Numbered from the stretch's first letter, positions 41,952 to 53,153 are shown. The stretch is 64,000 nt of DNA from an uncultured beta proteobacterium (GCA_963727115.1 CAVSFS010000011.1:89149-153148), one strand, 5' to 3'. Notes: a model not told the origin generated them from the sequence alone. Numbers and translations are program-made.

Positions 41952-43196
41952 TTGACCGCCGACTTTTCCTTCCTGTTTCTTGCAGCTTTCGGCCTGACGC
42001 TCGCCGGCCGCCTGTGGCTGACACTGCGCCAGATTCGCCACGTCGCCGCGCACCGCGCCGCCGTCCCGGCCGATTTCGCCGAGCGCATTCCGCTCGCCGC
42101 CCACCAAAAAGCCGCCGATTATACGGTCGACCGCAACAAGCTGGCCATTTTGACGACGCTGATCGACGCCGTGCTGCTGCTCGCCCTGACGCTCGGCGGC
42201 GGACTCGCCTGGCTGCACGATTTCTGGAGCGCCCGCCTCGCCGGCCTGCCCTACGGCCTGGCGCTGATTTTCAGCGTGCTGGCGATTTCGGCGCTGATCG
42301 ACCTGCCGTTTGCGCTCTACCGCCAGTTCGTCATCGAAGCCCGCTACGGCTTCAACCGCATGACGCTCGGACTCTTCTTCGGCGACCTGCTCAAACACAC
42401 GCTGATCGGTATCGTGATCGGCGCCCCGGTCATCCTCGCCGTGCTCTGGCTGATGGGCGCCATGGGCAGCGCCTGGTGGTTCTGGGTCTGGCTGTTCTGG
42501 TGCGCCTTCAACCTGCTGATCCTGTTCATCTACCCGACCTGGATCGCGCCGCTGTTCAACAAGTTCGCGCCGCTCGAAGACGGCGAGATGAAGTCGCGCA
42601 TCGAAGCACTGCTCGTGCGCTGCGGCTTTACATCGTCCGGCCTGTTCGTGATGGACGGCTCGAAGCGCTCCAGCCACGGCAACGCCTATTTCACCGGCTT
42701 CGGCAACAACAAGCGCATCGTCTTCTTCGACACCCTGCTCTCCCGCCTCGCAGCGCCGGAAATCGAAGCGGTGCTGGCGCACGAACTCGGCCATTTCCGC
42801 CGCCGCCATGTCGTCAAGCGCATCGTTTTCATGTTCGCCGCCGCCCTCGGCCTGCTCTGGCTGCTCGGCCAGTTGATCGATGCGCCATGGTTCTACAACG
42901 GGCTCGGCGTGCCGGCAAAAAGCACGGCGCTGGCGCTCATACTTTTCTTCCTCGTCATTCCGGTGTTCACCTTCCCGCTCAGCCCGCTGACGAGCCAGCT
43001 CTCGCGCCGCCACGAGTTCGAGGCCGATGCCTACGCCGCCGAACACACAGCGGCCGCCGACCTCAGCCGCGCGCTGGTCAAGCTCTATGAGGACAACGCG
43101 GCGACCCTGACCCCCGACCCGCTGCATTCGCTGTTCTATGACTCCCACCCGCCGGCCGCGCTGCGCATCGCCCGGCTGCAGGCGGCAGCGCACTGA
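41952..43196 (+). CDS. M48-family zinc metallopeptidase (Ste24/HtpX-like, membrane)
   Basis: 414 aa with multiple transmembrane helices and the HEXXH motif ([12 protein letters not shown]). Confidence 0.85.
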   Translation: MTADFSFLFLAAFGLTLAGRLWLTLRQIRHVAAHRAAVPADFAERIPLAAHQKAADYTVDRNKLAILTTLIDAVLLLALTLGGGLAWLHDFWSARLAGLPYGLALIFSVLAISALIDLPFALYRQFVIEARYGFNRMTLGLFFGDLLKHTLIGIVIGAPVILAVLWLMGAMGSAWWFWVWLFWCAFNLLILFIYPTWIAPLFNKFAPLEDGEMKSRIEALLVRCGFTSSGLFVMDGSKRSSHGNAYFTGFGNNKRIVFFDTLLSRLAAPEIEAVLAHELGHFRRRHVVKRIVFMFAAALGLLWLLGQLIDAPWFYNGLGVPAKSTALALILFFLVIPVFTFPLSPLTSQLSRRHEFEADAYAAEHTAAADLSRALVKLYEDNAATLTPDPLHSLFYDSHPPAALRIARLQAAAH

Positions 43197-44062
43197 TGGA
43201 AGGCCGCGTCGTCGCTGCCCACGGGCGTCAATACGTCGTCGAACTGCCCGACGGCAGCTTGCTGCCCTGCTTCACGCGTGGCAAGAAAAGCGATGTCGCC
43301 TGCGGCGACCGCGTTGACATCCAGCGCACTTCCGATGACCAGGGCGTTATCGAGGCGATCCAGCCGCGCACCAGCCTGCTCTACCGTTCGAACGAGATCA
43401 GACAGAAGCTGATTGCCGCCAACGTGGATCAGGTCGTCATCGTCGTCGCCACCGAGCCGGGGTTCTCCGACGAACTGGTGACGCGCGCCCTGCTCGCCGC
43501 CGAGAGCGAGGAGATCGAGCCGCTGATCGTCCTCAACAAATGCGACCTGACCGAACGCGTTGCGGCTGCCCGCGCGCAACTCGCCGTCTTCGCCAACCTT
43601 GGCTACCGCGTTCTCGAACTGTCCGCCCTTGACCATGCCGAGGATCTACGCCCCGAGTTACAGGGCTACACCAGCGTGCTGGTCGGCCAATCCGGCATGG
43701 GCAAGTCGACGCTGGTCAATGCGCTGGTCCCGGAAGCCCGCGCCGCGACGCGCGAGATTTCATCGGCGCTCGATTCCGGCAAGCACACGACGACGCATGC
43801 CACGCTCTACCATCTCGATGCCGACAGCGCGCTGATCGATTCGCCGGGACTGCAGGAATTCGGCCTCGGCCATCTCGACCGTCAGGAAATCGAATACGCC
43901 TTCCGCGAATTCCGCCCCTACGTCGGGCAATGCCGCTTCCGCGACTGTCGCCACGACCGCGAGCCCGATTGCGCGCTGACTGCCGCCGTCGCCGCCGGCA
44001 AGATCGACCAGCGGCGCTTCGCCGTCTATCACCGCATCATGGGCACGCAGCGCACGGACTGA
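43196..44062 (+). CDS. rsgA: Ribosome small-subunit-dependent GTPase A
   Basis: 288 aa with circularly permuted GTPase motifs (LNKCDL, GQSGMGKSTLVNAL) and the C-terminal zinc cluster CRFRDCRHDREPDC. Confidence 0.92.
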   Translation: MEGRVVAAHGRQYVVELPDGSLLPCFTRGKKSDVACGDRVDIQRTSDDQGVIEAIQPRTSLLYRSNEIRQKLIAANVDQVVIVVATEPGFSDELVTRALLAAESEEIEPLIVLNKCDLTERVAAARAQLAVFANLGYRVLELSALDHAEDLRPELQGYTSVLVGQSGMGKSTLVNALVPEARAATREISSALDSGKHTTTHATLYHLDADSALIDSPGLQEFGLGHLDRQEIEYAFREFRPYVGQCRFRDCRHDREPDCALTAAVAAGKIDQRRFAVYHRIMGTQRTD

Positions 44063-44077
44063 GCGCCGCGCCAAGTT

Positions 44078-45292
44078 TCAGGATAGTCCGCTCAACCAGG
44101 CACGCGCGCCCTGCCCGGCGGCGCGTCCCGTGGCAAAGCAGGCGGTAAGCAGGTAGCCGCCGGTCGGCGCCTCCCAATCGAGCATCTCACCGGCGCAGAA
44201 AACCCCCGGCAGGTCGCGCAGCATCAGGTTCGCGTCGAGCGCCTCGAAGACAACGCCGCCGGCCGTGCTGATCGCCTCGTCGATCGGTCGCGCCGCCGTC
44301 ACCGGCAGCGGCAGATGCTTGATTGCCGCGGCCAGGTGGTCTGTCGCGGTCAACGTCTCGGGAGGCAGCAATTCGCGCAACAGGCCGGCCTTGACGCCTT
44401 CGATCCCGGCCCGCCGGCGCAGGTGGTTGGCCAGCGAATCGCGGCCACGCGGCCTTGCCAAATCGGCGGTCAGGCGCGCCAGCGTCCGGCCCGGCGCCAG
44501 ATCGAGATACAGCACGGCGTGACCTTTGGTGGCCAGCGCATCGCGCAGCGGCGCCGAGAGGGCATAGACCAGCCCACCTTCGATACCTCCATCCGTGATG
44601 TTGAACTCGCCCTGCTGGCGTCGCCCGGCCACCGAGCCGATCACCGGCTTGACCGGCTGGCCGGCGAAGCGCTCGCTGAAATGCGCGCTCCACGCCACGT
44701 CGAAGCCGCAATTGGCTGGCTTCAAAGGGGTGACCTGAATGCCGCGCTCGGCCAGCAAGGCCACCCAGGCGCCGTCCGAACCGAGCTTTGCCCAACTGCC
44801 GCCGCCGAGCGCCAGAATCACCGCGTCGAAAGCCAGCAGTTTCTCGCCTTCCGGCGTCGCGAAACGCAGGGCGCCATCGGCGGCCCAGCCCAGCCAGCGA
44901 TGGCGCACATGAAACTGGACGCCGGCCCCGCGCAGGCGATGCAGCCAGGCGCGCAACAGCGGCGCCGCCTTCATTTCGGAGGGAAAGACGCGGCCCGAAG
45001 AGCCGACGAAGGTCGCGATGCCGAGGCCGCCGATCCATTCGCGCAATTGTTGCGGCCCGAAGGCTTCCAGCAGCGGCGCGATCACCGTCTGCCGCGCGCC
45101 GTAACGGCCGACGAAAACGGGCATGGGTTCGGAATGGGTGATGTTCATGCCGCCCTTGCCAGCCATCAGGAACTTGCGGCCAAAAGAAGGCATGGCATCG
45201 AAAACAGCCACTTCCAGACCGTTGACCATGGCAAGCTGTTCGGCCGCCATCAAGCCGGCCGGCCCGCCACCGACAATGGCGACGCGCGTCAT
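44078..45292 (-). CDS. FAD-dependent flavoprotein of the HI0933/BaiN-like family
   Basis: 404 aa with an N-terminal Rossmann motif (VAIVGGGPAGLMAAEQL) and a C-terminal GEMLDWEAPTGGYLLTACFATGRAAG. Its start codon overlaps the stop of the upstream transglutaminase gene by 1 nt. Confidence 0.7.
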   Translation of the reverse strand: MTRVAIVGGGPAGLMAAEQLAMVNGLEVAVFDAMPSFGRKFLMAGKGGMNITHSEPMPVFVGRYGARQTVIAPLLEAFGPQQLREWIGGLGIATFVGSSGRVFPSEMKAAPLLRAWLHRLRGAGVQFHVRHRWLGWAADGALRFATPEGEKLLAFDAVILALGGGSWAKLGSDGAWVALLAERGIQVTPLKPANCGFDVAWSAHFSERFAGQPVKPVIGSVAGRRQQGEFNITDGGIEGGLVYALSAPLRDALATKGHAVLYLDLAPGRTLARLTADLARPRGRDSLANHLRRRAGIEGVKAGLLRELLPPETLTATDHLAAAIKHLPLPVTAARPIDEAISTAGGVVFEALDANLMLRDLPGVFCAGEMLDWEAPTGGYLLTACFATGRAAGQGARAWLSGLS

Positions 45293-46263
45293 CAGGGCTG
45301 GAGCGCCCCGGATTCAGCGACTCTCCCGGACGACGCCGCGATTGCGGGTGGCTCTTCCTCGTCGAGTGGCGTGACAGTCACCTCGACCTCCGGCTCCGCC
45401 CCGCCACCGCCAAGGATGATGCCGCGCAGCGGGGAGATGTCGCCGAAATCACGGCCGATGGCGACCGTGATGTGTTCGGTGTCGGGCAGCAGGTTGTTGG
45501 TCGGATCGAAATCCACCCAGTCGTCGGCAAATCCGGGCGCATAGACCGAGACCCAGGCATGCGATGCATCGGCGCCGATCAGGCGCGGCTTGCCCGGCGG
45601 CGGCCGGGTCAGCAGGTAGCCGCTGACGTAGCGCGCGGAGAGACCTAGCGCCCGCAGGCAGGCAATCATCAGGTGGGCAAAGTCCTGGCAGACGCCGCGC
45701 TTCTTCTCCAGCACTTCCATGACCGGCGTTGACACCGTGGTCGCCTCCGGGTCGAACTTGAATTCCTTGAATATCTTGGCCATCAGCGTCCGGGCGCCGA
45801 CCAGCACCGGCGTATCGGGCGGGAAGCAGTCAGCGGCGTATTGCGCGAGCTCATGCTTGATGCGGACATGGGCGCTCTCGAACAGGAAGCGCATCGCATC
45901 AAGATCTTCCGGCCTTGGCGCCATTGCGTTGTAGGCCAGCCGGTCATGCACCTGCTCCCAGGGCAGCGACTTCTCGAGATGCACCGGCAGATGCGGCTGC
46001 ACGGCGATGGTCATCGCCGAGCGGATGATCAGCCCCTCATGCGGCGCGTGAAAGGCGATCCAGGTCACCGGATTGCCGAAGGCGTCCTGCCCGTCGCGCC
46101 GCCAGGTCGGCTGCGGGGCGATGTCGATGCGCTGCTCCTCGACCTGCTGCCAGGCCAGGACGCGCGGCGAGAGATGCAGTTGCTGCTGCGACAGCGACAC
46201 CGCGCTGCCGTATTCGTAGCGCGTCTCGTGCAGCACATGGTAGCGGATGGCTTGGCGATCCAT
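45292..46263 (-). CDS. Transglutaminase-like cysteine peptidase-fold protein (Bact_transglu_N plus transglutaminase core)
   Basis: 323 aa. A Cys-His-Asp triad is plausible: RGVCQDFAHL, ASHAWVSVY, VDFDPTNN. Confidence 0.8.
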   Translation of the reverse strand: MDRQAIRYHVLHETRYEYGSAVSLSQQQLHLSPRVLAWQQVEEQRIDIAPQPTWRRDGQDAFGNPVTWIAFHAPHEGLIIRSAMTIAVQPHLPVHLEKSLPWEQVHDRLAYNAMAPRPEDLDAMRFLFESAHVRIKHELAQYAADCFPPDTPVLVGARTLMAKIFKEFKFDPEATTVSTPVMEVLEKKRGVCQDFAHLMIACLRALGLSARYVSGYLLTRPPPGKPRLIGADASHAWVSVYAPGFADDWVDFDPTNNLLPDTEHITVAIGRDFGDISPLRGIILGGGGAEPEVEVTVTPLDEEEPPAIAASSGRVAESGALQP

Positions 46264-46265
46264 GA

Positions 46266-48785
46266 CTAGAGGGCCATCGTCTGCCGGCTGACATCCGACA
46301 CATGCGTGAAGTAGCGCATGGCCAGCCAGTCGGAAAGCTCGACCGAGGCGGCGTCGAGTTCGTCCAGCAGGGTCGCCAGATCCTCACAAGACGAGCAGTT
46401 GCGGCACTGGTTGAACTGCAGGTGTTCGAAGCGACCGAGATCGAAAGCGCGCAGGCGCTTGAGCGCATCGCTCATCCGGGCGTCGCTGGACGCACCGAGT
46501 TCGCGCATCATCCGCTCGAGGTAGCGGGCCAGCACGCTGGCCTGGAAAACCACGCCGTGCGGGTTGCTGTCGTCGAAAACCAGCAGGTCGAGGACCGGCA
46601 GCAGTTCCGGAAGGCGCGAATAGCGCGAACGGTAGGTAATGATCGAATCGGCCAGTTCGAGCAGCCACTCCAGCGCGCCAGGGCCACGCGTTAACGGCAT
46701 GCGCAGGAAATTGGCCAGCGCCTGGGCGAGGAAGGACAGTCGTTCCAGGCGGCGACCGATGATCAGGAAACGCCAGCCGTCGTCGCGCGTCATGTTGTCC
46801 ATCGCAAAGCCGGTCAGCGACGACGAGACGCCGAGTACGCGGTCGAGGAAGGCGATCGCCTCGGTCAGCGTCGGGTGGCGCTTGAGCGCAGCCTGCTGCT
46901 CGCGCTGCAGGCGGTTCAGCGAGTGCCAGTGATCGAGCGACAGGCGCTCGCGAACGTGGGTCGCCGACCACATGACGTTGCGGATCGTGCCGGCCAGACT
47001 GCCCGGCTGCTCCGGATCGTAGATCGCCTCGAGCAGCGCGTGTTCGCTGCCCGCCCTGATTTCGTCATCTTCTTCGGGAGCGGGCAGGATATGCAGGCGC
47101 AAGGCAAGCTCCAGCGCCGACTCGACCGCCGGCGTTTTCTCGCCGCCGGCCTCGACGAGGCGGCTGAGGGCGACGCGCAACATGCGCGCGCTGTCGTCGA
47201 AGCGTTCCGAGTAGCGGCCGAGCCAGAACAGGTTTTCGACGACGCGCGAAGTCAGGTTGGCGCCGGCGCGCACGATTTCGCGCACGCCGAGCGAGGGCGT
47301 GAGCATCGTGAATTCGCTGACCGGGCCTTGCGCCAGCACCCAGGCATCCTTGGACGAGCCACCGCGCTGCATCGAGATGATGCGGGCGTTGGCGCCGGTG
47401 GCGACGCGGGCCAGCCCCCCCGGCATCACCGAATAGCCGTCGGGCGTCGTCACCGCATAGGCGCGCAGGCCGACCGGCCGCGCCAGCAGGCGCCGCTCGT
47501 GCGAGCGGCTCCAGCCCGGCGCCTGCGACAGTTCGACCATCTCCTGCGCGACATAGGCATGCGGCCGCGCCTCGATGCGCTGCAGCATCTCGACCCGCGC
47601 CGCGCCCTTCAACTCGTAGCCGAAGACCGGATCCATGCGCTGCGACGGATAGGCCGGCTTGATCACCAGGTCGTCGAAATTCTCGCGGACATACTCGAGC
47701 GCCGGCTTCTCGCCGCACCACCAGGTCGCCACCGAAGGCATCGCCAGTTCCTCGCCCAGCAGTTCGCGGCAAATGGCCGGCAGGAAGCCCATCAGCGCCC
47801 CCGAAGCGAGCATGCCGCTGCCCAGTGCGTTGGCGACGACGACCCGGCCGGCGCGCGCGACATTGATCAGGCCGGGAATGCCGAGCGCCGAATCGCCGCG
47901 CAGTTCGAGCGGATCGCAGAAGGCATCGTCCTGGCGGCGCAGGATGACATGGACGCGCTTGAGGCCGCGCAGGGTCTTGAGATAGACCGTATCGCCGCGT
48001 ACCGTCAGGTCCTGGCCCTCGACCAGCGGGTAGCCGAGATAGCGCGCCAGGTAGGCGTGCTCGAAATAGGTTTCGTTGTACGGCCCCGGCGTCAGCAGCA
48101 CGACATGCGGCTGCTCGTCGCCGTCGAGCGGCGCGAGGGCGGCGAGGCCATCCTGCTGGTCGCGGAAGAAATCGGCGACATGCTGGACGTGCAAGTCGCG
48201 GAACATCTCGGGAAAGACGCGCGAAACGATCAGCCGGTTTTCCAGCGCGTAGCCGGCTCCCGAGGGCGCCTGCGTGCGGTCGGCGATGACCCACCAGCGG
48301 CCGTCCGGCGAACGCGCCAGGTCGACCGCATAATGATGCAGCCAGACGCCGCCGGGCGGCTTGATCCCCTGACACGGCCACAGGTAACCGTGCTGGCCAT
48401 AGACCAGCGCCGGTGGCAGCAGGCCTTCCGACAGCAGTTTCTGTTCGCCGTAGAGGTCGGCCAGCATGGCGTTGAGCAGCGTCGCGCGCTGCGCCACGGC
48501 GGCCGAGACCTCGGCCCACTCGTCAGACGGGATGATCAGCGGCAGCGGATCGAGCGCCCACGGGCGGTCCGAACCCTTGGGGTCGGCGTAGACGTTGTAA
48601 GTGACCCCGTTTTCCTGAATCCGCCGGTCGACGAATTCGAGCCGCTCCTGCATGTCTTCCGGCGCCACCGAATCGAGATGGCCGAGAAATTTCCGCCAGT
48701 GCGGACGCACCGCCCCTTCTTCCGCCAACATTTCGTCGTAACGGTGGGGGCTATGCGGATAGATCGCGAGTAGGGTACGGGCCAT
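46266..48785 (-). CDS. Fusion protein: circularly permuted ATP-grasp (type 2) plus alpha-E domain
   Basis: 839 aa. The N-terminal half is collinear with the stand-alone ATP-grasp at 53154-54566 (YNETYFEHAYLARYLGYPLVEGQDLTV, RRQDDAFCDPLELRGDSALGIPGL). The C-terminal half resembles the alpha-E protein at 52204-53151 (NLFWLGRYSERFDDSARMLR). Confidence 0.8.
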   Translation of the reverse strand: MARTLLAIYPHSPHRYDEMLAEEGAVRPHWRKFLGHLDSVAPEDMQERLEFVDRRIQENGVTYNVYADPKGSDRPWALDPLPLIIPSDEWAEVSAAVAQRATLLNAMLADLYGEQKLLSEGLLPPALVYGQHGYLWPCQGIKPPGGVWLHHYAVDLARSPDGRWWVIADRTQAPSGAGYALENRLIVSRVFPEMFRDLHVQHVADFFRDQQDGLAALAPLDGDEQPHVVLLTPGPYNETYFEHAYLARYLGYPLVEGQDLTVRGDTVYLKTLRGLKRVHVILRRQDDAFCDPLELRGDSALGIPGLINVARAGRVVVANALGSGMLASGALMGFLPAICRELLGEELAMPSVATWWCGEKPALEYVRENFDDLVIKPAYPSQRMDPVFGYELKGAARVEMLQRIEARPHAYVAQEMVELSQAPGWSRSHERRLLARPVGLRAYAVTTPDGYSVMPGGLARVATGANARIISMQRGGSSKDAWVLAQGPVSEFTMLTPSLGVREIVRAGANLTSRVVENLFWLGRYSERFDDSARMLRVALSRLVEAGGEKTPAVESALELALRLHILPAPEEDDEIRAGSEHALLEAIYDPEQPGSLAGTIRNVMWSATHVRERLSLDHWHSLNRLQREQQAALKRHPTLTEAIAFLDRVLGVSSSLTGFAMDNMTRDDGWRFLIIGRRLERLSFLAQALANFLRMPLTRGPGALEWLLELADSIITYRSRYSRLPELLPVLDLLVFDDSNPHGVVFQASVLARYLERMMRELGASSDARMSDALKRLRAFDLGRFEHLQFNQCRNCSSCEDLATLLDELDAASVELSDWLAMRYFTHVSDVSRQTMAL

Positions 48786-48864
48786 CGAGCCTGAAAGGAA
48801 ACGCGGACGGGCCGTTGCCAGCCAGAACAGCGCGGCCCGCTGACCGCGCCTGCATCTTTAGCGG

Positions 48865-51800
48865 TTAAAAACGCCGCAAGTCTAGCGTAAACGGGTGCTC
48901 GGCGCTGACTTCCGGCGCCGCGACCTGAATCTTGCCGGGTGTATGCCCGAAGCGGAAGAAGCGGGCCAGACGCCGGCTTTCGGCCTCGAAGGCATTGACC
49001 GGGAAGGTATCGAAGCTGCGGCCGCCAGGGTGGGTCACATGGTATTGACAGCCGCCCAACGAACGCTGCATCCAGGTATCGACCAGGTCGAAGACCAGCG
49101 GCGCATGGATGCCGATGGTCGGATGCAGGCACGAGTCCGGCTGCCAGGCGCGATAACGCACGCCAGCGACGAACTCGCCGTTGGTCCCGCTGTTCTGCAG
49201 GGGCACCGGCACGCCATTGCAGGTCAGTACATAGCGGTCTGGCGCCATCCCCCTGATCTTGACCTGTACCCGCTCGACCGACGAATCGACATAGCGCACG
49301 GCACCGCCGGCCGCCCCCTCCTCGCCCATGACATGCCATGGCTCGAGGGCGTGGCGCAGTTCGAATTCGATGCCCTTGACCGCGAAGTCGCCGTATTTCG
49401 GGAAACGGAATTCGAAGTGTGGCGCGAACCATTCCGCCTTGAACGGGAAACCGGCGGCCTGCATTTCGTCCATGACATCGCGGAAATCCTGCTCGACATA
49501 GAAAGGCAGCATGAAACGGTCGTGCAGGTCGGTCCCCCAGCGCGCCAGGCGCGCCGGAACGTAGGGCTCTTCCCAGAAGCGCGCGATCATCGCGCGCAGC
49601 AACAATTGCTGGGTCAGCGACATGCGGGCATGCGGAGGCATTTCGAAGGCCCGCAACTCGAGCAGGCCAAGGCGGCCGGTCGGACCATCCGGGGAGTAGA
49701 GCTTGTCGATGCAGAACTCGGAACGGTGCGTGTTGCCGGTAACGTCGGTCAGTAGGTGGCGGAGGACGCGGTCGACCAGCCACGGCGCGATGTAATCGCC
49801 GACCGGCGGGATCTGGCTGAAGGCAATTTCCAGTTCGTAGAGGCTGTCATTGCGCGCCTCGTCAACGCGCGGCGCCTGGCTGGTCGGCCCGATGAACAGG
49901 CCGGAGAACAGGTAGGAAAGACTCGGATGGTTGTGCCAGTAGGCGATCAGGCTGCGCAGCAGATCGGGGCGGCGCAGGAAGGGCGAATCGCTGGGTGTCG
50001 CGCCGCCGAGAACGAAGTGGTTGCCGCCGCCGGTTCCGGTGTGGCGCCCGTCGACCATGAATTTTTCGCTGGTCAGGCGCGAGACATGGGCCGCATCGTA
50101 GAGGTGGGTGGTCTGGTCAACCAGTTGATCCCAGCTCTTCGCGGGGTGGACGTTCACCTCGATGACACCGGGATCGGGGGTGACGCGGAAGTTGGTCAGG
50201 CGCGGGTCGCCTGGCGGTTCGTAGCCCTCCATGATGATCGGCATGGTCAGTTCTGCCGCGGTCGACTCTACGGCAGCGACCAATTCCAGGTAATCGTCCA
50301 GCGTCTCGGTCGGCGGCATGAAGATGTAGAGCCTGCCTTCGCGCGCCTCGGCAGACATCGCCCGCCGGCTTACCCAGGCGGCAGATTCCTTGAATCCGGG
50401 GACCGTGTCGGGCGCCTTGCCACGGCCGGCGACCGCCTCAGCCACGACAACAGGCGCCAGCGTTGCCCACGCTTCAGTCTGGCACACGATTTCGGCATGG
50501 CTGCGCAGCGGCACCGTTGCCTGGAACGGGTCAGGCGGGTTAACGTAAGGATAATCGCTCTTGGCCGCCCACGGCTGCGAATCGAGCGGCAAACGGTAGC
50601 CCATCGCCGAGTCGCCCGGGAACAGGTAGCAGCGTTGCGCGCGCAGGAACCACGGACCGGTCTCCCACTGTTTGCGTTCGTTCTTCATGACCGGCAGCAC
50701 GTGACCGACCGTGTGGGTCAGGCCCTGCGTGAAGATTTTCATCAGGCGTTCGCGCTCGAGCGGGTCGTCGAGGCGCGAATCGAAGGGGTCGACGTTGTCC
50801 GGCAGGCGGCGCTCGCGCCACATGTAGTAGTAGGCATCCTCGAAGGCCGGGAAGACGTACCGGGGATCGAGCGCCAGCTTTTCGGCGATGCGCTTCATGA
50901 AGCGCTCGGCGTGCTCGCTGGTCGCGCCGTAATCCTTCTTTTCGTCGGCGTAGAGATCCGGCGAATTCCAGATCGGCTCGCCATCCTTGCGCCAGAAACA
51001 GTTGAGGCTCCAGCGCGGCAGTTGCTCGCCGGGGTACCACTTGCCCTGACCGAAGTGCATCAGGCCGTTCGGCGCATACCGCTCGCGCAGGCGGTGAAAC
51101 AGTTCGGCGGCGAAAATCCGCTTGGTGGGGCCGAGCGCGGCGGTGTTCCATTCGGCGCCATCCGGGTCGTTGACCGCGACGAAGGTCGGCTCGCCGCCCT
51201 GGGTCAGACGAACATCCAGTTTCTGCAGGGTGGCGTCGATCTGGTGGCCAAGGCCCTCGATCTCGACCCACTGTGCGTCCGAATAGGGCTTGGTGACGCG
51301 CGGCGCTTCCCAGATGCGGGTCACCTGCATGTGATGTTCGAAGGTGGTTTCGCACTTGTCGATGCCACCGCTGACCGGCGCGGCGGACGCCGGTTGCGGC
51401 GTGCAGGCGAGCGGAATGTGCCCTTCGCCGGCGAACAGGCCGGACGTCGGATCGAGGCCGATCCAGCCCGCCCCCGGCAGATAGACTTCGCACCAGGCGT
51501 GGAGATCGGTGAAGTCGACTTCCGTGCCGGAGGGTCCGTCGAGCGATTTGACATCTGCGGTCAACTGGATCAGATAGCCGGAAACGAAGCGCGACGCCAG
51601 ACCGAGGTGGCGCAGTATCTGGACCAGCAGCCAGGCCGAGTCGCGACACGAGCCGGAACGCTTCCGTAAGGTCTCTTCCGGCGTCTGCACCCCGGGTTCC
51701 ATGCGGATCGTGTAGTTGATGTCCTTCTGCAGCCTGGCGTTGAGCGCGACCAGGAAGTCTACGCTGCGCGTCTTCTCCAGTGAAATGCCATCGAGGTACT

Positions 51801-52185
51801 TCTGGAACAGCGGCGTCGCCGGGAGCTTGAACAGATAGGGCGCCAGTTCGTGGCGTTCCCACGCCTCGTAGGTGAAGGGGATTTTCTCGGCATGCGGTTC
51901 GAGAAAGAAATCGAAGGGGTTGATGACCGACATTTCGGCGACCAGATCGACCTCGATGCGGAATTCGCGCGTCTTCTCGGGAAAGACCAGACGGGCCAGA
52001 TAATTGCCCTGCGGGTCCTGCTGCCAGTTGATGAAATGCTGCTCCGGCCCGACCTTCAGCGAATACGAAAGAATGCGCGTCCGGGAATGGGGGCATGGAC
52101 GCAGGCGGACGACCTGCGGCGCGAGATTGACCAGGCGGTCGTAGGAATAATGGGTAACGTGATTCAGTGCAACGTGGATGGACAC
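48865..52185 (-). CDS. Large transglutaminase-family protein (N-terminal transglutaminase core plus DUF2126-type extension)
   Basis: 1106 aa starting MSIHVALNHVTHYSYDR, with SGSCRDSAWLLVQILRHLG, DLHAWCEVYLPGAGWIGLDPTSG and a long conserved C-terminal region. Confidence 0.8.
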   Translation of the reverse strand: MSIHVALNHVTHYSYDRLVNLAPQVVRLRPCPHSRTRILSYSLKVGPEQHFINWQQDPQGNYLARLVFPEKTREFRIEVDLVAEMSVINPFDFFLEPHAEKIPFTYEAWERHELAPYLFKLPATPLFQKYLDGISLEKTRSVDFLVALNARLQKDINYTIRMEPGVQTPEETLRKRSGSCRDSAWLLVQILRHLGLASRFVSGYLIQLTADVKSLDGPSGTEVDFTDLHAWCEVYLPGAGWIGLDPTSGLFAGEGHIPLACTPQPASAAPVSGGIDKCETTFEHHMQVTRIWEAPRVTKPYSDAQWVEIEGLGHQIDATLQKLDVRLTQGGEPTFVAVNDPDGAEWNTAALGPTKRIFAAELFHRLRERYAPNGLMHFGQGKWYPGEQLPRWSLNCFWRKDGEPIWNSPDLYADEKKDYGATSEHAERFMKRIAEKLALDPRYVFPAFEDAYYYMWRERRLPDNVDPFDSRLDDPLERERLMKIFTQGLTHTVGHVLPVMKNERKQWETGPWFLRAQRCYLFPGDSAMGYRLPLDSQPWAAKSDYPYVNPPDPFQATVPLRSHAEIVCQTEAWATLAPVVVAEAVAGRGKAPDTVPGFKESAAWVSRRAMSAEAREGRLYIFMPPTETLDDYLELVAAVESTAAELTMPIIMEGYEPPGDPRLTNFRVTPDPGVIEVNVHPAKSWDQLVDQTTHLYDAAHVSRLTSEKFMVDGRHTGTGGGNHFVLGGATPSDSPFLRRPDLLRSLIAYWHNHPSLSYLFSGLFIGPTSQAPRVDEARNDSLYELEIAFSQIPPVGDYIAPWLVDRVLRHLLTDVTGNTHRSEFCIDKLYSPDGPTGRLGLLELRAFEMPPHARMSLTQQLLLRAMIARFWEEPYVPARLARWGTDLHDRFMLPFYVEQDFRDVMDEMQAAGFPFKAEWFAPHFEFRFPKYGDFAVKGIEFELRHALEPWHVMGEEGAAGGAVRYVDSSVERVQVKIRGMAPDRYVLTCNGVPVPLQNSGTNGEFVAGVRYRAWQPDSCLHPTIGIHAPLVFDLVDTWMQRSLGGCQYHVTHPGGRSFDTFPVNAFEAESRRLARFFRFGHTPGKIQVAAPEVSAEHPFTLDLRRF

Positions 52186-52203
52186 AGATTCTCTCCGTAA
52201 CGA

Positions 52204-53151
52204 TCAGGCAGCTTCGGCCACGGGCAATAGAAAATCCTTGCTGATGCCGTCGCCAAGCATATAAATGCGATCCATGAAGTCGGTGAGCCATTCGTGCAGG
52301 CCCTGCTCCAGGATATCCTCGACCCGCGCATAGTGCAGTTGCGCATGCAGCAGGCCCGCGTGACGCTGGGTTTCACCGGATTGCCGGTTGGCGATCAGAT
52401 CGAGATTCTTGACCACGCCGTTCATGCAGAAATGCAGCGAACGCGGCATGTCCATCCTCAGGATCAGCAATTCGGCAACCCGCTCGGGCGTGATCACGTC
52501 ACGGTACGCCTTGCGATAGACTTCGAACGCCGACACCGAGCGCAGCAGCGCGCTCCACTGGTAGAAATCCGTGGCCCCCTCGTCGCCGTGCGGACGCAGG
52601 ACGTGGTATTTGACATCGAGGATGCGCGCCGTATTGTCGGCGCGTTCCAGCAGCGTGCCGAGACGGATGAAGTGGAAGGCCTCGTCCTGCAGCAGCGTGC
52701 CCAGCGTCGTGCCGCGCGACAGCGAGGAGCGCATCTTGACCCACTCGAAGAACTCGCCGACTCCCGCGTTGAATATCTGTTCGAAGCTCTTTTCGCGTGC
52801 TTCCAGCCAGGTCGCGTTCATCGTCTCCCACATTTCGGAGGTCACCGTGCCGCGCACGGCATGGGCATTCTCGCGTGCCAGGCGCAGGCAACTGTGGATC
52901 GACATATGGTTGCCGGTATCGCTGACCATGAAACGCAGCACATTTTCGGCGTTGACCGCGGAATACCGGGTCGCGAACTCTTCCTCGAGGCTGTTCAGGG
53001 CGATGATGGCGTTCCAGTTCTGATTCGCCGCTTCCAGCGACTGCGGCACCAGCGACATCTGCCAGGTGACGTCGAGCAGGCGTGCAAGGTTCTCGGCCCG
53101 CTCGATGTAGCGGGACATCCAGAAAAGATGGTCGGCGGTACGGGATAGCAT
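52204..53151 (-). CDS. Alpha-E domain protein
   Basis: ORF 52204-53268 trimmed to ATG 53151 (MLSRTADHLFWMSRYIERAENLARLLD...), 2 nt after the ATP-grasp stop. Confidence 0.8.
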   Translation of the reverse strand: MLSRTADHLFWMSRYIERAENLARLLDVTWQMSLVPQSLEAANQNWNAIIALNSLEEEFATRYSAVNAENVLRFMVSDTGNHMSIHSCLRLARENAHAVRGTVTSEMWETMNATWLEAREKSFEQIFNAGVGEFFEWVKMRSSLSRGTTLGTLLQDEAFHFIRLGTLLERADNTARILDVKYHVLRPHGDEGATDFYQWSALLRSVSAFEVYRKAYRDVITPERVAELLILRMDMPRSLHFCMNGVVKNLDLIANRQSGETQRHAGLLHAQLHYARVEDILEQGLHEWLTDFMDRIYMLGDGISKDFLLPVAEAA

Positions 53152-53153
53152 GA